64,000 nt of DNA from Antedon mediterranea (Eukaryota > Animalia > Echinodermata), in the NCBI RefSeq assembly GCF_964355755.1, contig NC_092679.1, positions 14,615,432-14,679,431 of the forward strand, written 5' to 3'. The notes beneath the pieces are model-generated. The model had not been told where the DNA came from. It saw nothing but the letters and a program-made list of their open reading frames with translations, and made no database searches. Positions 51,901 to 64,000 of the stretch are shown here, piece by piece (position 1 is the stretch's first letter; each line of letters opens with the position of its first letter). A program made the position numbers and the translations under genes.

Positions 51901-54774
51901 TGCTAATATCAATAGCCAGTGGCTACTCTATCACTATGTATACAGTTCATCAGTTACAATAATATTTTCATTTACTCAATGTAATAATATTTCTTGATCT
52001 TTCAGCTTTTGATAGATTCTCTTCCGACAAATTAAATTCCCTTGTTTGGGAAATGATAATCAAGTATCAAATCAATTTACAGGAATGGTGAAAAGGCACT
52101 TTTTGCTTTGAAAAAAGATGAAAAGTGCACCAAAGTTTAAATACTGGCCAATGTAGGGAAAGATGCAATTTTATTTTTACCATGGAGAATTTCTCAATGA
52201 TGATTTGACACAGGATAATATTTATGTGGATGTTTATAAGAACAAAATGTTTGTTTTTCATCTTCTGATGAAGGTTGTCATTTATAAGTGATAACGATCT
52301 TTTATGTAAAGTTTCTGTTATACAGGTACTGTATCATATTTGAAGATACCTTGAATTATCTAATGGTTTGTGTATGTGCACATCAAGACCTGGGTTCAAG
52401 TCTCATTTGGAGAGATTATAACTCTCACAGACCATCTTATATGATTTTTTCATTTGACACAAAATTTAATATATCTTCCTTATATATACATCTAACTTTG
52501 TTAAAGACTATTCTTCAGTACTGTTATGTATAGATACTGTAAACAAAGTCAACCTCATCACACTCAGATCTGTAACCAGGTGTTACAATAGGAAGCAATA
52601 ACATGATGTGATAAGCAATAGAATGCTTAATAAGTACAGGCCCAATAGATCAGCAATTTGCCAACGAAGCATTATGTAATTTATCATCATTCATTATAAA
52701 ATTCATATGACATTAGGCATTGATCCAAATATTGCTAGAATAAAGCCCAAGGCATTTGTGATTTCAATCCTGGTAGCTCAATCCCATCATACCAGGGAGA
52801 ACGAGATCACTTCCAACCGAGAATATAATCCTTGTGATAAAGATCAAGAGGACAGATTGTGATCCCAAAGCCAACGCATCCAAATAAAGTGACTCAATTT
52901 CTATTAAAATCTATAGATAAAATGAGTCTGAAGTTGACTTTGTTCTTATACTTGACTTGAATAGGTAAAAATATTGGTGGTGGCATTGCTATGTTTTGCT
53001 GGAGGCTGGGATGAGATTAAATATCATTCAGTTTCCTAATAATTCTGCATTAAGCTGCTGGGTCAAAATTCCATCGTTAAATTAGATCTCAAATGTATAC
53101 AGACACACAAAGCATTTATGAAAACATCTCTGTTGTATTATTGAAGTTATTTCATGCACTACATAATATATTTGAAAATAGTTGGAATTTAATATTTAAT
53201 ATTTGGTATGATCATGGTACAGTATGAAATGTTTTTATAAACTAATACTGGTACACATCTGTAAAATTTTCATACAGTACATGAAAAAAACATGATGGTA
53301 TAAAACAGGACCAAGTGAAAATCTCAAGAGGGTCATCTTTAGAGAATAGAGGGCTGCAATAATTGTTAGTTGGATGTTTCCAACTTTGATGTTTCTTTAA
53401 TTACTGTAGTTTTCCTCATATGCAGGCAGGAGCAGACTTACAGTGTTCACAGACCAGGCTGATCACATTACCAGAATAGGTACAGAGGTAAAACCATAAG
53501 CAATTCTGTGCTTTGGTTCCATGTCCACCAAAGTCTACCAATGGCATTCCATTTCATTCTGACATTCATCCCATATTCTTTTAGCCATGTTGCTAGACTT
53601 TTCTCTTTCTTTTAAATATAAATAATGTATATCTTCATCATTAGTGTCATTGTCATAATTGCAATACTTTTTCCTTTATTAAATATTTATTACTTTATAT
53701 CATTTGTACTTGAAGACTGAATAGGGATGCTACAGTACATTAACCAGGAACCCACGTGGAACGTGTAACACTTAAAAGATCAATACTCGATGAGCAATTG
53801 TTCCCGAGGACGATGAGATAACGTGCCAATGACCGTGATCATCATTAATAATGTCTGTTGAAGCCCAAGAAATAGGTGTAATAACATTGTGAATCTTGTA
53901 CAATTTTGGACAACTGACTTACAATAAATTGTATTTGATAGTATTTGGACTATGGTCGAACAGTGCTAGTGTCTTGAAATAATTTAATTCAGGAATTTTC
54001 CGATACAGTACTAAATATATTTCATTATTATCTTATAAAATAGATTATCTTATAAATTAGTATAATATCATTTTAATATTTCTGCATTATTTAAAAAAGC
54101 AATTTACAGGTACCTCCTATTTAGGTACACGCAATAGATAAAATAACCATTTAAGACAGTCCCTGAGAATCTTATGTTTCAAATGCGCAAAGAGTTTATA
54201 ATACTGTACAAATCATATTATTTTACATTTTTTATATTCTACTGATAGTGATCAATGGCACAGTCCGTCTGTAACAGACGATGGCGAAGATGCATCTACA
54301 TTAGACACATATTGTGTGGTATACTGTATGTTTGTTGTGGTAATTAAACTCACATCATACTTTATTTGTAATATTGGTTCTTCTTTAGTAATGATGGTCG
54401 ACTAAAAACAAATAAACAAATGAATATACTGTACTGTAGGATACAACAAATCAACAAGTTTAAATACAGTATTTACAGTGTACTGTACTGTATACAGTCA
54501 TTCACTACAGTAAAACTAGCTTTCTTTATCAACAAATATAACATTGCTGGTATATATGTACGCTGACAATGAAGAGACAAGAAGAAGTCATTGATACCCC
54601 TTGAGAACATTTCATCAGTTAACAGATGCTAACATATTTCTACATACCTGGATATCATTTGGATCTTATCAATGCAAATACATAATTATAATATTGTATT
54701 ACGGTACCGATTGTAAAGCAGCTACATATAAATTAAATATTTTGCCACCAGAGGTTCATTTAGAGGGGTTGTAA

Positions 54775-54935
54775 AGCTCTGTCTTTACTATCAAACTGAT
54801 TTGACCAAAAAAGTATGATCTAAATATATTTGGTAGTGATATACCCAAATATGATAGTAATATGACATCATCATGTCCATATATGGGCACATTACATTTT
54901 GTTGTCACATAAAGCTTGATAGTGTAGACAGAGCT
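54775..54935. mobile_element. Same MITE family, copy 2 (161 bp)
   Basis: same TIRs, shared internal atgacatcatcatgtccatatatgggcac, TWA flanks. Confidence 0.85.
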
Positions 54936-56300
54936 TTAGGGTGCTGTAGGAACTCCCCTTTGCTGGATACAGTATACACATATTATTAAACCAATTCTTG
55001 TGTAATACAGAGATTATTATTGAAAACCTAAAATATACTCAGATGGCATGGATACTATACTTTAAAAACACAGGGTTCTCAATTATTATGGAATGTCTTC
55101 GAAATTCAACCCTACAGTATTATGGATGTATCGGAGTGAAGATAAATAAAAATACATACAAACTGTATAATTATGATTTGGCCTTAAATTATAGAAATCA
55201 AGACCACACAATGAAGATTCAGTATTTCAAAAAACACTTTTAATACGAGGAATTAGAGATAGTATTCTAGTCATGCAAATGTTTATGAGTATATCATATC
55301 ACAATACATTACAAAATGTAACTATTTTTAGAACACTGTTATCTGATGCCAAATAATATGGTTTTCCTGGACAGACAAAAAGACACTGTCTACTTGATTA
55401 GGGATGTTCTTAAAATTTTAAATAATTTTGTTATATTTTAATACACACTCAGTTTAAGTGTGTTCTATTTTATTCTACATTTTATAGAATTTTAAAAATG
55501 TATGCAGATTGCTAATTAGGCCTATGTTTGATTTTTTGTTCTGTGCTTCTCCCTATGTACAGTAGTATTGAAATAAATCAAATCAAGTGAAGTGTTTTGG
55601 CATCTGTTTTTAACATGTATTAAAATTGTCTTGGATTCATGTTGTCATCATGAATAAATGAGTTCTTGTTCCTCCTATAATAATATAAACAGTTTATTGT
55701 TTATGATGCAGAACTTTCTCAGCTATGAATTTAAAAAACAAAGGATAATGATGTTGCTGTAAACTGAATGTTGGTAAGCTGCCATTAGAATTTTTTTTCT
55801 TTATCATGAAATGTAATTTTAAATTGGTCGACTATACATGTTTAAATAAAGAATAAGTTTTTTGTTTGTATTTAAATAATTCCATCATTTTGCATTGAGC
55901 ATGTATTGTAGGCGTAGTATACTTTATAGTACTATTATATTTTTAAGTATGTCAAGGAGGTGTAATTGTGTACACTATTGAAAATCATTAAAATAATAAG
56001 CTGGTGCCCTATTTGCCATATACTGTATTTTAGGCAGTCAGGTGGCATACTTGCTTCACACAAGTTAATAATTATTTTTATTTAACATATTTCTGTGCTT
56101 ATTTGTTTAGTTCAACAAAACTAGGGCTAACTATCTCTTCTTCTGTATTCTTCCATATTATTAGATAAATAATTAATAAAAACCACCTCTGAAAAAAAAG
56201 TGGAATTATATTTTAAACTTCACTTGTTCATAAATATGAAAGACTAGAAAATAATATTTGATTATTAAAATTTAAAATTTATTTAATGTTGTTAAAATCA

Positions 56301-56420
56301 AAATGACTGAAAACAATTGACAATGCTATATCAGTGGCATGATTCTCTATTGGAGAAAGCAAAAAGCTGAACGATAAAATAAATAAAGTCAGACAGAAAT
56401 TGCCGAGCTTTCGGGTAACA
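56301..56420 (+). repeat. Dispersed repeat, copy 3 of 3 (diverged)
   Basis: gacaatgctatatcagtggc...aacgataaa...gagctttcgg. Confidence 0.7.
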
Positions 56421-58962
56421 GTACTTTTACTGTAAATGTTCAACTGTAAATAAATACTACTCGGTCAAAATTTATAAGAACAACTGTAGCCCTGTAGCCT
56501 TATTCTTGAAGTGCCCTCTTCAAACTAGAGAGAAAATGAAATCTATTTCGTTTGTGTAACTACAGTACTGCACAGGCTATTTCGTCAAGTCTAGATGTTG
56601 CTATCAGGTTGTTGCTACTGTATTTTGTGGAAAAGCTCTATAAAAATGGGGGCCATGGGGCTTGAAGGAATTATGAGTTTGTACTACAAATACTCATCTA
56701 TACTGTACACCTATCTATAGTACAGTAAACCATGGAGGTTGGAGGTTTACTCATTCAAAAGCCTTTGGTTATGTTGAATACTACAATACAATAGTACTGA
56801 ATGGCTACCATCAAAACGGCGTAATAAACAACATCGTTCAAATATCTACAGTTCATTAGATACTAAAATCAATATACAATGTGAGATATTTCACAACACA
56901 ATTTACACCAAAGATTATTTTCAGTAAAAATGTACACTACTATTCACAGTAGGCCTACAGTAAATACAGTAAGCATCATTGAAGGAATGTAACATTTATA
57001 CTGGCAATTCTATTACTAATGTTTAATATTTTGGAGAATTTACTGTTGGACAGTATTGTATTATATATTAATAACAATGCAAAATTTCCCTACAGTAAAA
57101 TCTATTACACTGTATTTAATATCTACAGTTGATTGAAATCAGCTATTTAATATTTATGGTGTCTTGATTTGATTATAATAAGTAATTCAATTTATTACCA
57201 TGGCAACAAGGAACACATTGCTATAGTGACCTCTGTGAATAATATACTGTTGAAACAAACATTTTAACATGTAAAATAAGTACAGTATAAAATTGATTGT
57301 TGATCTTTAATGAACATTTATCATTTACAATTTTAATTTTTACAATGTTTCTTTTAAATGTAAGTTTTTAAAGGTGTGTTTAAGTGTGTTATTTAGTTAA
57401 ATATACAGTAGTACCTCTCCTTTGGGACACGCTTTTAAAGAGATTACCCCTTCTAAATTTCCTATGAAATAAATAAGGGTAAATAATAACAGTATGGTCA
57501 ACCAATATTCTGGAGACACTCCTATTAATGAGATACTTTGTTGAGTTGCGAAGGTGTATCCTTAATTAGGTTGTTACATAAAATCTTTTGATATTTTTGT
57601 TTACAAATTGAAATTCTATTTATTTAATATAAAAACAATTTGTAGTCAACGATAACAATATAATGCAACACTATATCAGCGATACCTGACAAAAGAGGCT
57701 ACAATATCCAACCAATTCATGCCACCACAACACAGCATGTGGGAGTTGACTGTAACAACTCAAAAACATCGATCAATTTCAAGACCTCACAACTTTACAC
57801 AAAGCAACGATTATTGTCATTTAGGTAACTTAACAAAGCTCTGACACTCAGTTACTGTAAAATAATATTCACTGTATAGTATTAGTGTGTGATTATTTCC
57901 ATTCACCTTCAACAAACTTTTGTTATAAGTATGCGTTACTACAGTACTGTATTAGTATTAGTATACAAACAAATGCAGACATACAACTACATGGGTTTTA
58001 GGTTGGGTAAAGTTTCTAAAGGTACTGTATATCGATGATAATCTTTAATGAATAAATTAATTTTTAATGATTTTCAAGGTAAGATCAATTTCTAGATTAT
58101 GTTTATGAAAGTAAACTTGATTCTTGTTTATACCATAAATGATGACATATCGTAAGCTCCTTTAGGGTATGTTCAGACTCATGGCTTGAAGGCAGCTGAT
58201 TTTAAACGGCATACACTTTTATTTCCAAGCCTATAGCCAGGGTACTCATGGGGTTTGAATGTGCCCTTTAAAAGATACTAGCACTAAAAGTGCTAGTCCT
58301 AGGCCTACAGTAGCTCATAAAAACTTAAATCCTACCTACATTATTAATTAGTATGATCGATTGCAAATTGCATGACTAAATCTTACTGAAACTGTAATTA
58401 ATAATAGTTAGAACAATTTACAATTTATGCTATTTTGATGATTTTTGTGTAGAACACAGTATATACTTTTTTTATGATGATTCATACATGATTCATGTAC
58501 AGTAGGATGGATTACTAAAAAATATATGCCTTTATTTATACATTCATTTTTTTTTTCAAAAAATGATTATCCACCCACTGGAAATAGATAATGAATTTTA
58601 AGTGTTTGTTCAAAAGCATGCTTGGCATACTAATACAATCTAAGTATTCTTTTGTAAATACTGTATATCACAATGAAATGATGATATACTTGATGAACCA
58701 ATTTATTGCCAAAATATTTCAAATTCATGTTTGTTCTTGACACTGTGGTTTTATTGGGTATTTTATACACAATTTTATTGAAACACATACAGTACTTCCT
58801 TCCTATACAGTATTTGAGAATCTTTTTTTTTTAAGAAAAAGACATTGTTACCGGTCAAACATGTATTTTAATTGTAAATCAATAGTTTGTCTATTCTTTT
58901 TTTAAATAAATGATGAGGTTACTGTAGTTTTTGTTATATTATTGTTGTTCTCATGTACAGAA

Positions 58963-59170
58963 TGAAGGAATGGTTCTCAGACATTTTTTGGAGGGGTGTA
59001 AGGCCTACAGTATGTCAGCTACATTAGGCACAAAAATTGATATCCAGAGCTCAGCATCCTGTTGTTAGATTGCCTTGTTTAAACAATTTTTTTGAATAAA
59101 TAATTTTCGTGTAGCTGACATACTGTAGGCCTTACACCCCTCCAAAAAATGTCTGAGAACCATTCCTTCA
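58963..59170. repeat. Perfect 61-bp inverted repeat with an 86-bp spacer
   Basis: 58963..59023 is the exact reverse complement of 59110..59170. Confidence 0.95.
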
Positions 59171-60632
59171 GGGTTTATCTGTGGCCGCGACACCATCAGT
59201 TCTACATCCCTTGCTGATACAGCGCACTGCGAAGAATATGAACATTGTACAGTACTGTTGGTATATGTTGCAGCCAGACATACAGTAATATAAGATCAAA
59301 GGACTGTTACGAGTTCTTATTTTGATCTTGGAAAGATCAGCTCAGTGTCTGTTGTTAGATTGCCTTGGTTTAAATATTATGGTTATGAGCTGTTAAGACA
59401 GCATTAATAAAATAAAGTTTCAAATAAAATCAAATTGTTAATAACTTTCTTACTACCTGTATAAGTATTGTCGAAATGCCCAGAGGTTTGTTGATATTTT
59501 TAGTTTGTGGTTGTCTTGAATTACAGGTCTGGGAGGTATGTATATTGGAAAAACCCCCCTTATTTACGGCAGTAAACTATCCTCAGGCAACAACAAACCT
59601 ACAGTTTACGTAGTCTTTTATTAAGCAGTAAAAGGTATAACAAGAGCAATGAATATATTTCCTAGTTGTTTAACTGCAAATGAATTCTAAAATAGACATT
59701 TTGGCTCTGTGAAAATGAAAAGACAAATCAAGGTTACTACGATACCACAACATACACCCAATCTCTTGGGCAGCTGTCTACTGAAAACTTGACAATGAAT
59801 TCCTCAGAGGAGTAACTTAAACTGATGAGAGCTCTGGTCTTTTGAATCTTGGAATTCACCAAGACAATGTGGAGGAGTGAAAGGAGTAAACAGATAACAT
59901 TGAATTTGCATTGTGAATAGGTGTCAATACATGTGTTCTGTACTTGACTTACCTCTTCTAGTAGCCTGTCAATGGCTCTGCAATATTATATTTCAATCTC
60001 CCTGTTCGCAAATTTGTCTTTCAAAATCTTTACTCGATTTAGATGTTGTACAGGTACAGTAGTTACAGACCTGATATCTGGTTGAACCACAAATTGGGCC
60101 TGTTGATACTATAGCTGCACTGAACTACAGTACAGTATCCATAGTCCAAGTACTGTAAAAGACCTACCGTAAAAGTAAAACTGGAAGCTCAAAATGTCTT
60201 TATACACTTTGTTTCCATTTGGTAGCTGCACTAAACTATTGATATTAGAAGTTTAAATACAGTAAAAGACCTACAGTAGGCCAATACATATACACAGTAA
60301 CTGGAAACTCTTCCAAATCCACAAAAGCAAAAAGTTCCTAATTCCTTTATACTCTTTGAAAAAACTTATTCTGAAAACTAAAGATTTATGCCAATTTTTT
60401 AAACAGACACCTTTTAAAGATGAGAAATTAGTGATCTATCATCACAGTACTATACAGTTAGTACTGAATTGCATACACATGGCTGCCAATTACCAAGTAC
60501 TATTAAAGTGACTGAAACAATTAAGTAATCTTTCAAGGAAGTGTAAACAAATTAAGTGTTCATTGGCTAATTTCACCCTTCGTTTAATATACACATTATT
60601 AAAGCTGATACTGACTGTCATCAAGTAAGTTA

Positions 60633-60741
60633 GTTAAATCATGGAGAAATAAGTTAGGAACTTATTTCTCCATGGTTAAATCATAGAGATATGTATTATA
60701 GTGTTCACTATAATATCTCTATGGTTAAATCATGGTTAAAT
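60633..60741. repeat. Array of small palindromes separated by gttaaat direct repeats
   Basis: gttaaat at 60633, 60675, 60724 and 60735, flanking cat...atg palindromes. Confidence 0.85.
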
Positions 60742-62940
60742 TAGTCTAAATAATATAATAAATGATAAACACTATATATATAAAAATCAAGTGTCTCAAA
60801 GGCCCTGAAATGGTATTACAGAACGTACAGTAATGTAAATCTGGTTTTTTTTAAAGAGTTTCAGCGATTATTTTCAGAGAGTTGACTAAATTGTTTTTTT
60901 CTTACTTATATAATAAATACTGTACATTACTGTAGGAAGGATGGTCACACACTACTTATTATAAGCTGTGCTTCAGATTCCCCTTTCCATTCTTTTGTTT
61001 TGTAATGATTATTTATGTATGTTTATGATTTTGTAAATGGAAATAAAGAAAAAAAAAAAAATAATTGTATTTTGCATCCACAATGTATAACTCAGAAAAA
61101 ATGGTAATATATCATTAGACACACAGTGGTCTCTTCAAAAGTTTTTTTTTTTTGGGTTTTTTTTTTTATTTTATTTTTTTAAATTTTTTTTTTTTTAAAT
61201 TAAATTACACACCTATGAATCTGGCAAAATATTGGGATAGTAAAAATTAAGTTTTTGTCATAATATTAAATTTGACTGTTAAATCGGCAGACTGAATTTA
61301 GAAACAAAACCTGATAATTAACCATTTATATTAACATACAGTATTAATTTTCTCAAACAAATCCAAACTTTAATTACTTTTGTGTTTATACCCATCACAG
61401 CTTTTGTTATACTGTAGTTATCTGTATTGACAAAATAAATGAAATGAAATGAACTACTAACTCAGGTCTCTCCAAAAGTTGGCAATCATTGTAATTTTAT
61501 TTGAATTCAAGTCAAACAAAGGAAAAAACTCATTTATCCCCTGGTCACAAAAAATTACAATACATACAGTACACTATAACTATCACTATTATGCTTTTAA
61601 TTTTTTGATTTAAAATATTTCGCTATTAAAACATTATAATCATCATCTGTATTTTTATGTGAACCTCTTTATTAATACAGTAGCTGTATTATTAAGCTAT
61701 CAATCAGATGATGTGCTGTATAGGGATGTTTTATGATTATTTATTAACATATTGAAGAAGATGGATTTGTACTGGATTAATTTGCTAATCCTACATGGGA
61801 TTAGCGGCTTTTAGTGCATTCATTACAGGTCAGAAAAGGGTCAACATTTACATGTAAACAATGCTATTTCAAATTGACGAATTCGTTGACCCGCAGTTTT
61901 AATTAATAATAAAACAAAAAACATCATCAAGATATTAACAGTAAACTTTTGTACAGTGATAAATGATAATGCACACAATAATTTACCATTCAAAGATCAT
62001 AGGAACTTTTGGAAACAATAGTCAACCTCTAATGTGAGTGTCCCTTGAAAAGGGGTTTTCCCTGGTTCATTTAATGAGAAAGTGTCCCCTCAATAATGGT
62101 TGTCCCAAAGGAAGGGTTCTACTGTAGTTATATCTACAGTACAGTACTATGCTACAGTTTTTGCATACTGTAAAATAAAATTATAAAACCAAGAGAAACA
62201 TTCAACATATCGGCTGTGTGTGTTATATAAAACAAGTAATAACACACAATATTATACTATATACTGTAGCAAATGCGTTGAATGTTTGAATATTCGATCA
62301 TACATTATATATTCGTAGCATTGTCCAGCGAGGAACGACCTCTCTCATTCTCTGTGTTTTTAATATTTGACTATCCATGCATGACCTAAATTCAAGAAAC
62401 TTGATGCCTTTCTTTGTTTAAAAAAATTAATTATACATTGAATATTTTAGGTTTTGAAGCATGGTCATACAGTGACATTTAAAGGAGGCTTGTCAATTGA
62501 AAAATAAAAGGAATAGCAGAGCCACAATACTACATTATACAGTACGGTAGAGCCTCATCTTTTGGAAAACCATATTCAAGGGACACTTATGATCAGCTTT
62601 GGCTGGAGGGACCACCCTCGTAAAATATTGTTGAAATAAATACATATACATACAGTAATGAATGTCTTGTCTTTATTTACCATCAATATGGTAACTATTA
62701 AAACATTGATTTAAACAGTCTTATATTTTGTTAACATTGATTATAAAATCAAGCACACACCACAAAGTCCCTTTTTTCAAAGCAAATAATAATATAGTAG
62801 TACAGTAAGAAAAGTATATTATACATACAGCACTATACATGTTATAAGATCACAACTCAGAAACACTTAAATTACGACGAAACAGATAAAGATTGGAATT
62901 AAAAATGTTAATATGGGGATGGGCCTGGACTAAACTATTA

Positions 62941-63623
62941 CCGTACTGACGCGGGTATAAGCCCACCCCCCTTGAACATGAAATCACGTCAAGTTTGGGG
63001 GGTGGGCTTATACCCGAGGATCCAAAAATGCAGATTGTCAAAAACAGCACATGCACACTGTGTATTTCCACCATGCGAGCGAGCGAGCGCCCTCACGTGT
63101 ACGACGTTGCCTCTAAATACACGAGGTGTAGAGTGTCGGAAAATTAAGCTTATAGTTCGTGTAATTTATCGTAGAATATCTTATTTTAAACATCAATTGA
63201 ACAAGAATTTATCAAGCAGAAAAGCAAGTATACAATGTTCGTTAAATAGAAATGTACCAAAGAAATTTAATAAGCTTGTTTATGGCAGCCGATACCAAAT
63301 AGTGGTTTTCCGTTTTGGCGGCTTGTATGTAGCGTCGTGTGTGAAGCAATCTTCGACCGCGATGGAGTGTAAACAAAACAGGACCGTTAGGCCTCATATG
63401 GCCTAGCGTATATTAGCCTAGCTTGGTTACTGTATGATCAAAGGTAGGTAGGTGTATTCGGTGTATGGACATCGCCAAATACAAAAATATGTATTACGAC
63501 ACACACTAGATCTTCGAATTAATGGGTGGGCTTATACCCGAGTGCCTCATTTTTCATGAAAATTAGTCAAAAGTCGGGGGTGGGCTTATACCCGAGTATT
63601 GGCTTATACCCGCGTCAGTACGG
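62941..63623. mobile_element. Non-autonomous Tc1/mariner (pogo-like) element, 683 bp
   Basis: perfect 23-bp TIR ccgtactgacgcgggtataagcc, TA TSD, subterminal gggtgggcttatacccgag repeats. Confidence 0.9.
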
Positions 63624-64000
63624 TATATAATAATATAAACTTAGTCTACTGATGTAACCATTTGTAAGAACATTGACTCTACTAAAGGGAACACAAAGGA
63701 TATTGTTGTTCTTAAGTTACGGACGGGAACACGAATACCGAAATTGGAAATAAAGTTGCAGTCAAAAATTGAATGAAGACATTTAAAAAGAAAGGATATA
63801 TTTTTTTATCATCATCACAATTATAAGGTTTGTTACATTTAAAAAGGTTATTCTGATTGTGGCTGATGTAGCGCAAAAATCTACAGTAGACTCAATACGT
63901 CAATACATGAGGCTTGGGTTTTGGAGATAGAATTGTAAATAACAGAACAAAAGTCTAAATTAGGTTGGATTAAGGCGATATATAGATAAACTTTTATAAT

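Noticed and set aside
59800-59860. ctgatgag as a possible hammerhead ribozyme core
   Set aside because: No properly placed GAAA and no convincing stems
59953-59977. 25-nt AG...gtaagt segment (AIDRLLEE)
   Set aside because: Not a multiple of 3, weak pyrimidine tract, no kinesin similarity
62850-63406. ORFs of 144 aa and 74 aa in the pogo-like element as a transposase
   Set aside because: No HTH or DDE motifs recognised; the frames run through TIR repeats

Overview
AT-rich metazoan genomic DNA, probably a marine invertebrate such as an echinoderm (an inference from composition and repeat types). It is dominated by one large minus-strand gene, a kinesin-3 orthologous to STARD9/KIF16A. I reconstructed 24 GT-AG exons by hand (44304 down to 5145). 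Their phases are consistent and they total 11,478 nt, or 3,825 aa plus stop. Domain order is motor (P-loop GQTGSGKT, switch I HDASSRSH, DLAGSE), coiled coil, FHA, coiled coil, an 8,612-nt giant disordered exon, and STARD9-type C-terminal motifs. Four of the exons are frame-preserving microexon candidates. The first roughly 80 motor residues were not found and probably lie beyond the right edge. No intact START domain is visible; the apparent last exon stops after GDSEWEF, followed by a possible decayed START-like relic. The introns hold minisatellites, several MITE families (Harbinger, Kolobok, pogo/Tc1), SINEs, a perfect 61-bp inverted duplication, a small array of palindromes stacked at one target site, and an inverted SINE pair placed symmetrically around four motor exons (circRNA candidate). 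No rRNA, intact tRNA or CRISPR array was seen.
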